Origin: Promethearchaeota archaeon
Lineage (GTDB): Archaea; Asgardarchaeota; Lokiarchaeia; Sigyniarchaeales; SOKP01
DNA length: 64,000 nt
Direction of reading: 5' to 3'
NCBI GenBank assembly: GCA_019058445.1
Contig: JAHPZA010000003.1
Coordinates: forward strand, 420,919-484,918
In this document: in pieces, positions 60,334 to 64,000 of the stretch
Layout: each line of letters begins with the position of its first letter
How positions within the stretch are numbered: the first letter of the stretch is position 1
Position numbers and translations under genes: made by a program
Notes under the pieces: generated by a model
What the model saw: the letters and a program-made list of their open reading frames with translations, nothing else
Told to the model about the DNA's origin: nothing
Databases searched by the model: none

Positions 60334-60519
60334 TTAATATAAGACTTTCGAAGAAGATTTCAATTTTTTTAATTTGTTCTGGTAATCCGGGCAGAGCTTA
60401 TAATCTGGAAAATGACATAAGCTGTCCATTTTAGGAAGATTACATGATTGTAAGAAGGGACAAAACAAAAGTATATTCTCGAGTTTAAAATTCAATTCAC
60501 TGGTCATATTTTTTATCAT
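60334..60519 (-). CDS. Small Cys-rich protein (Cx5Cx8Cx7C)
   Basis: 61 aa isolated ORF containing CPFLQSCNLPKMDSLCHFPDYKLCPDY. Confidence 0.55.
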   Translation of the reverse strand: MIKNMTSELNFKLENILLFCPFLQSCNLPKMDSLCHFPDYKLCPDYQNKLKKLKSSSKVLY

Positions 60520-60710
60520 CTTTTGAATCTTTATATTTCAAAAATTGTATCGGTTGTGTCTATATAGAGCATCGTACCTTAATAAAAAAAGATGACTACT
60601 GAAAATTATTAATTTTTTGATAAATATGCTTGCATCCTAAAATCAAATTATTGATTTTGCTAATAAAACATTTAGAGAAATTAGAATTTGTAGAGTTTTA
60701 AAGTAAAACC

Positions 60711-61013
60711 CTATTGGAGGCCAATTAAGGGTAATGCCTCTCGTGTAGTTAATAAATGTTCTATTTTAAATCGTGATCCCTCAATATAAAAATATCCTGT
60801 AAATCTATTTGCGATAGCAATCAGCCCTTCGTGCGCCTTTTCATCTTTAACTTCATAAAGCACATAATTCTTAACTTCACTATCAAGAACCACAAACACT
60901 TTCTCTTGGGTTACAAAATCTGGCATTTTAGGAGCTTTACCTGATAAAAAGGCTTGCCCTACTTCTTTTGCCTTGTCGGGAGGATATGTAAATGACACGA
61001 GGAAATAAGTCAA
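60711..61013 (-). CDS. Small hypothetical protein (possible ferredoxin-like alpha/beta fold)
   Basis: 100 aa, TTG start after SD GAGGTGA, globular composition. Confidence 0.7.
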   Translation of the reverse strand: MTYFLVSFTYPPDKAKEVGQAFLSGKAPKMPDFVTQEKVFVVLDSEVKNYVLYEVKDEKAHEGLIAIANRFTGYFYIEGSRFKIEHLLTTREALPLIGLQ

Positions 61014-61163
61014 CTTTCTTTTTCACCTCTTTTAATTTATTTGAATTGATATTTTGTTTTTTAAATGTATTTTTCTAAATATGATTATTTATTCAATCTA
61101 CTCTTTTAAAATTGTTGAGAATTATAGAGTTATAAAATTCTATAAAATTGGGTATATTTTATG

Positions 61164-62063
61164 TCAAAAAGCATCTACATTACTCGCGTTTTCAAAATCA
61201 AAAAGCGGATTTGTTTTAATCAATGCGCCAAGATGAAATACTCCAAAAGAACCACATAAATCGCAATCTACATCATTCCCGTGGCAACAAAATGGAATTT
61301 CAAAGCCCTCATCACCTAAATAAAGTGGCAGCAAATATTTCTTTAGCGGACAATTGTTTGTAATGTCGAGTGCATTTTGAGAGAATAGCAATTCAAAAGC
61401 TAAATCCTTGTTGAGTATAAAATTTGGATATTTCTTTTTTATGGAATATGCTTTTTTTACTGCGTTATCTCGTTCTTTTAATGATTTCCAGGCAAATTCA
61501 GATGTATCATTCTTCCTTGGTACGTAAAATGAAAAAATAAAACCTCTAATAGGGGTATCATTCATTATGATCTCAACGAGTTCTTCAAATTCTTTTTCAT
61601 TCTTTTTAGTAACAACACATTGGCATTGTAAATCACCTACAAAATCATCTGGTAAATTATTTAAGTTTTTAATAACCTTTTTGAAACACCCCTTTCCTCG
61701 AATTTCATCATTTATTTCTTCGGGACCATCTAATGAAATCACCCATTTTGTTTTTGGACCCAAATTAATTAAAGGTAGTGTTCCATTAGTAGTAACCACA
61801 TTACGGGGGAAAAGTTTTACACCTAATTTTAAAACATCCTTCCTTAGAAGGGGTTCTCCTCCCATCCACACCATTGAATAGATGCCATGTCTCCTCTTAT
61901 ATCTCTTAATCTCCTTTATCATTAAGTCTGCAGGCATTTCATCCTTTAGAGGTGTATTTGGATTTCCCTCTCGAAAGACAAAACAGTGCTTACATCGTAA
62001 GGTGCACCTATTGGTTATATTAACCATTGCAAGTGGATAAAAACGTCTTCTTTCAGGTTTCAT
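61164..62063 (-). CDS. Radical SAM protein with C-terminal Cys cluster (twitch/SPASM-like)
   Basis: CTLRCKHC, GGEPLLR, TTNGT, ISLDG, IRGKG; C-terminal C...CCHGNDVDCDLCG. Confidence 0.9.
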   Translation of the reverse strand: MKPERRRFYPLAMVNITNRCTLRCKHCFVFREGNPNTPLKDEMPADLMIKEIKRYKRRHGIYSMVWMGGEPLLRKDVLKLGVKLFPRNVVTTNGTLPLINLGPKTKWVISLDGPEEINDEIRGKGCFKKVIKNLNNLPDDFVGDLQCQCVVTKKNEKEFEELVEIIMNDTPIRGFIFSFYVPRKNDTSEFAWKSLKERDNAVKKAYSIKKKYPNFILNKDLAFELLFSQNALDITNNCPLKKYLLPLYLGDEGFEIPFCCHGNDVDCDLCGSFGVFHLGALIKTNPLFDFENASNVDAF

Positions 62064-62106
62064 TCTCCTAAGAAAGATTAAGTTATAGTATTATTAAAAA
62101 ATGGAA

Positions 62107-62574
62107 TTAAATTAATTTTGCTGTATATTCTGTAATCTTCCTTAGATGTAAATCTTTCTTTATTTCCTTAGTGGTTAGTTCAAGTGTTGCGACTGGTGTT
62201 TTATCACTTAATTTAGCCATATTTTTAAAACATTTTTCTCCTCCACGTCCTCCTTCTGTGCAGAAGAAAGCGACCTTATTAAATTTCTCTTTATTCTCAA
62301 TAATATATGTTCTTATAGGAGTTGACATATTGCTTGTCCAAATAGGAGTTCCAATTCCTATTAAATCGTAAGATTCTGGATTCTTATTTATTTTTTCCAA
62401 AGTAGTTAACTTCTTCTTCATGGCATCTATAGCAGATTTTATATAACCAAAAAATCCTTTTCTGTTTTTAGTATCGAAAATCTCTTCAATGTCACAATTC
62501 AAATTTTCTGCAATTCTGTTGGCAACCCTTTTTGTCGTGCCTGTTCTAGAATAAAAAATTATTAAAATGCTCAT
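62107..62574 (-). CDS. Flavodoxin
   Basis: YSRTGTT FMN-binding loop, GIGTPIW, AFFCTEGG. Confidence 0.88.
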   Translation of the reverse strand: MSILIIFYSRTGTTKRVANRIAENLNCDIEEIFDTKNRKGFFGYIKSAIDAMKKKLTTLEKINKNPESYDLIGIGTPIWTSNMSTPIRTYIIENKEKFNKVAFFCTEGGRGGEKCFKNMAKLSDKTPVATLELTTKEIKKDLHLRKITEYTAKLI

Positions 62575-62677
62575 AGTAAATCAAATTAAACTTCAAAAAT
62601 TAATAAAAGTTATCTAAAATTCGTTAAAGTCAGAAATTTTCCAAGTTTTATATGATAAGTTAAAAATTGTACTATAA

Positions 62678-63226
62678 TTAAAACTTCAAATGTCTAAATC
62701 TATTAAGCATATAAAACATAAGCAGGGAAAATATAATAATTTGAAGTGCGAAGGAAATTTCCATTAATATTATCTTACCCCAACCCACATAACGTACAAC
62801 TTCCTTTACAATGCCTTGAACACGACTCCTAGGGATTGGGGCCGCATCTACTACTTCATTAGCGTCCCCCTTGGTTAAATAAAACCATTTACTTCCGTTT
62901 TTCCACTTATCAATGACTCGATGCACAATAGGATCTTCAGGAGCATCATCCCATAACCCACGTGCATCAAATACAATAACATCACCATCTCTATCATCTA
63001 TCGAGCCAGATTTAATTAAAGTATTATTCCTGATACCTTCAACAATTACCACATCCCCTTTATTGATATATGGTCTCATCGAATTTGATTTCACAACTGC
63101 TACTGGTTCAGAAGTGCACAGTGTAATCTTTAATATATATAAGATGATAATAGGGCTAAAAATCAAAAAAAATATGAAACAAACAATTATGCCCTTTTTA
63201 GTGATATCTCTAATTGTAATAATCAC
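62678..63226 (-). CDS. Signal peptidase I (archaeal/Sec11-type)
   Basis: VVKSNSMRP (Ser), GDVIVF, PIVHRV (His), TKGDAN...D. Confidence 0.88.
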   Translation of the reverse strand: MIITIRDITKKGIIVCFIFFLIFSPIIILYILKITLCTSEPVAVVKSNSMRPYINKGDVVIVEGIRNNTLIKSGSIDDRDGDVIVFDARGLWDDAPEDPIVHRVIDKWKNGSKWFYLTKGDANEVVDAAPIPRSRVQGIVKEVVRYVGWGKIILMEISFALQIIIFSLLMFYMLNRFRHLKF

Positions 63227-63517
63227 CTAAAATTTCTTATAAAACCCTACTATCTGAAAAAATCTCTACTTTCAACAAAATAATACAATTTCATCTTTAT
63301 AAACTTTTCAAGGTTATATATAAAATATAGGATAATATATAGGACTACATATGTATGATTTCTAATTTTCTTCTTGATAGAGGAAATAGGAATATACTTA
63401 AATCTTAAGTAAACAGGAGCTATGCACTCAGTTCCTTTATTATTTGACTTTTTAAATATGCTGCTAAAATTATAGTTATAAGCGATTAAAAACTAATGAT
63501 CTATTAAAAGAAAAAGA

Positions 63518-64000
63518 ATGCAAATCAGCAAATTGATTGAGAATAAGAGAAGTGAAAGGTTTAATTGGAATTTATTAGTTTCATTCTTTAATCAAAGAAA
63601 AGGACCTGATATTTTAATTAATCCGTATCATATCGAAGAATATCCTATTGAAGACTCTGAATTAGATGCCATTTTACAGAATTTGGATTATAATTTTGAA
63701 GAGGAGACGTTTATTTTTGGATTTCGAAAGAACGTGATACTTAACTATTTATTTAATACATATTCAGATTTCGCAAGATCCAAGCAAAATCTCCTTATGA
63801 TTTCTTATATAATCAGAGAGGAATATATTCATGAGCATAATATAGACACTCTTAGATTATTGGAAAGTAAAAAGCATATCCTTAAAGAATATGGCGAAGA
63901 ATTAAAAGAAATGGATAATCTCCCATTATTAATTCGAAAAATAGAAGATCCTGCCTGTGATATCTCAGAAGCGAAATATAATGAGTATAAAGAAGAATTT
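63518..64000 (+). CDS. Longin/uDENN-like domain protein, 3' truncated by window edge (absent from ORF track)
   Basis: ATG 63518, 161 open codons: LLVSFFNQRKGPDIL...TFIFGF..NYLFNTYSDFARSKQNLLMISYII. Confidence 0.6.
   Translation, partial: MQISKLIENKRSERFNWNLLVSFFNQRKGPDILINPYHIEEYPIEDSELDAILQNLDYNFEEETFIFGFRKNVILNYLFNTYSDFARSKQNLLMISYIIREEYIHEHNIDTLRLLESKKHILKEYGEELKEMDNLPLLIRKIEDPACDISEAKYNEYKEEF

Noticed and set aside
60230-60540. Selenoprotein with SECIS (in-frame TGA 7 codons upstream of the Cys-rich ORF plus a structured 3' region)
   Set aside because: No plausible in-frame start just upstream of the TGA, and no convincing AUGA/GA kink-turn stem on the coding strand.
61164-62063. Anaerobic sulfatase-maturating enzyme for the sulfatase at 23562
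   Set aside because: It is 36 kb away, short (299 aa) and lacks the full two-cluster SPASM Cys pattern of anSME.
1506-63230. Short ORFs antisense or frame-shifted within longer genes (e.g. 2027-2236, 16999-17397, 20773-21153, 58991-59503, 62913-63230) and 39413-39619, 61054-61236
   Set aside because: Shadow ORFs of well-supported genes or low-complexity AT-rich frames with no recognisable motifs.
1-64000. CRISPR arrays, tRNA/rRNA, IS elements, integrases
   Set aside because: No regularly spaced repeats, cloverleaf-like or long GC-rich RNA segments, or transposase/integrase motifs seen; the repeats present are paralogous coding sequence.

Overview
AT-rich, gene-dense archaeal DNA, most consistent with an Asgard archaeon (Lokiarchaeia). 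The evidence is a gelsolin + domain-X protein (56617-57222), a longin/uDENN-like ORF running off the right edge (63518->64000), 7TM membrane proteins of a type common in Lokiarchaeia, GGTGA-type Shine-Dalgarno sites and oligo-T terminators. I found no rRNA, tRNA, CRISPR array or transposase. The window is almost entirely catabolic. (1) A heavily paralogous lipid/beta-oxidation set: five 3-hydroxyacyl-CoA dehydrogenase homologues, two thiolases, an enoyl-CoA hydratase, a FATP-type acyl-CoA synthetase, four SDRs, two FabK/NMO-like flavoproteins and two type-B carboxylesterases. (2) Carbohydrate enzymes: GH172/DUF2961, GH4, a beta-propeller hydrolase, a sulfatase, an esterase, a PMI-like cupin and two GPH sugar transporters. 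(3) The most striking locus, 23.5-39.3 kb: five tandem, diversified UroD-fold methyltransferase paralogues facing a stand-alone corrinoid protein, with a GPH transporter, a 2-hydroxyacid dehydrogenase and a canonical MtaA-type Zn methyltransferase. This is a candidate multi-substrate, B12-dependent O-demethylation system, possibly for methylated sugars. Also seen: two gene remnants (one fused out of frame to a CPBP protease gene), two genes that appear to need non-canonical ATT/ACG starts, and a flavodoxin-radical SAM-Cys-rich peptide neighbourhood. All product calls come from motif recognition by eye; no database search was run.
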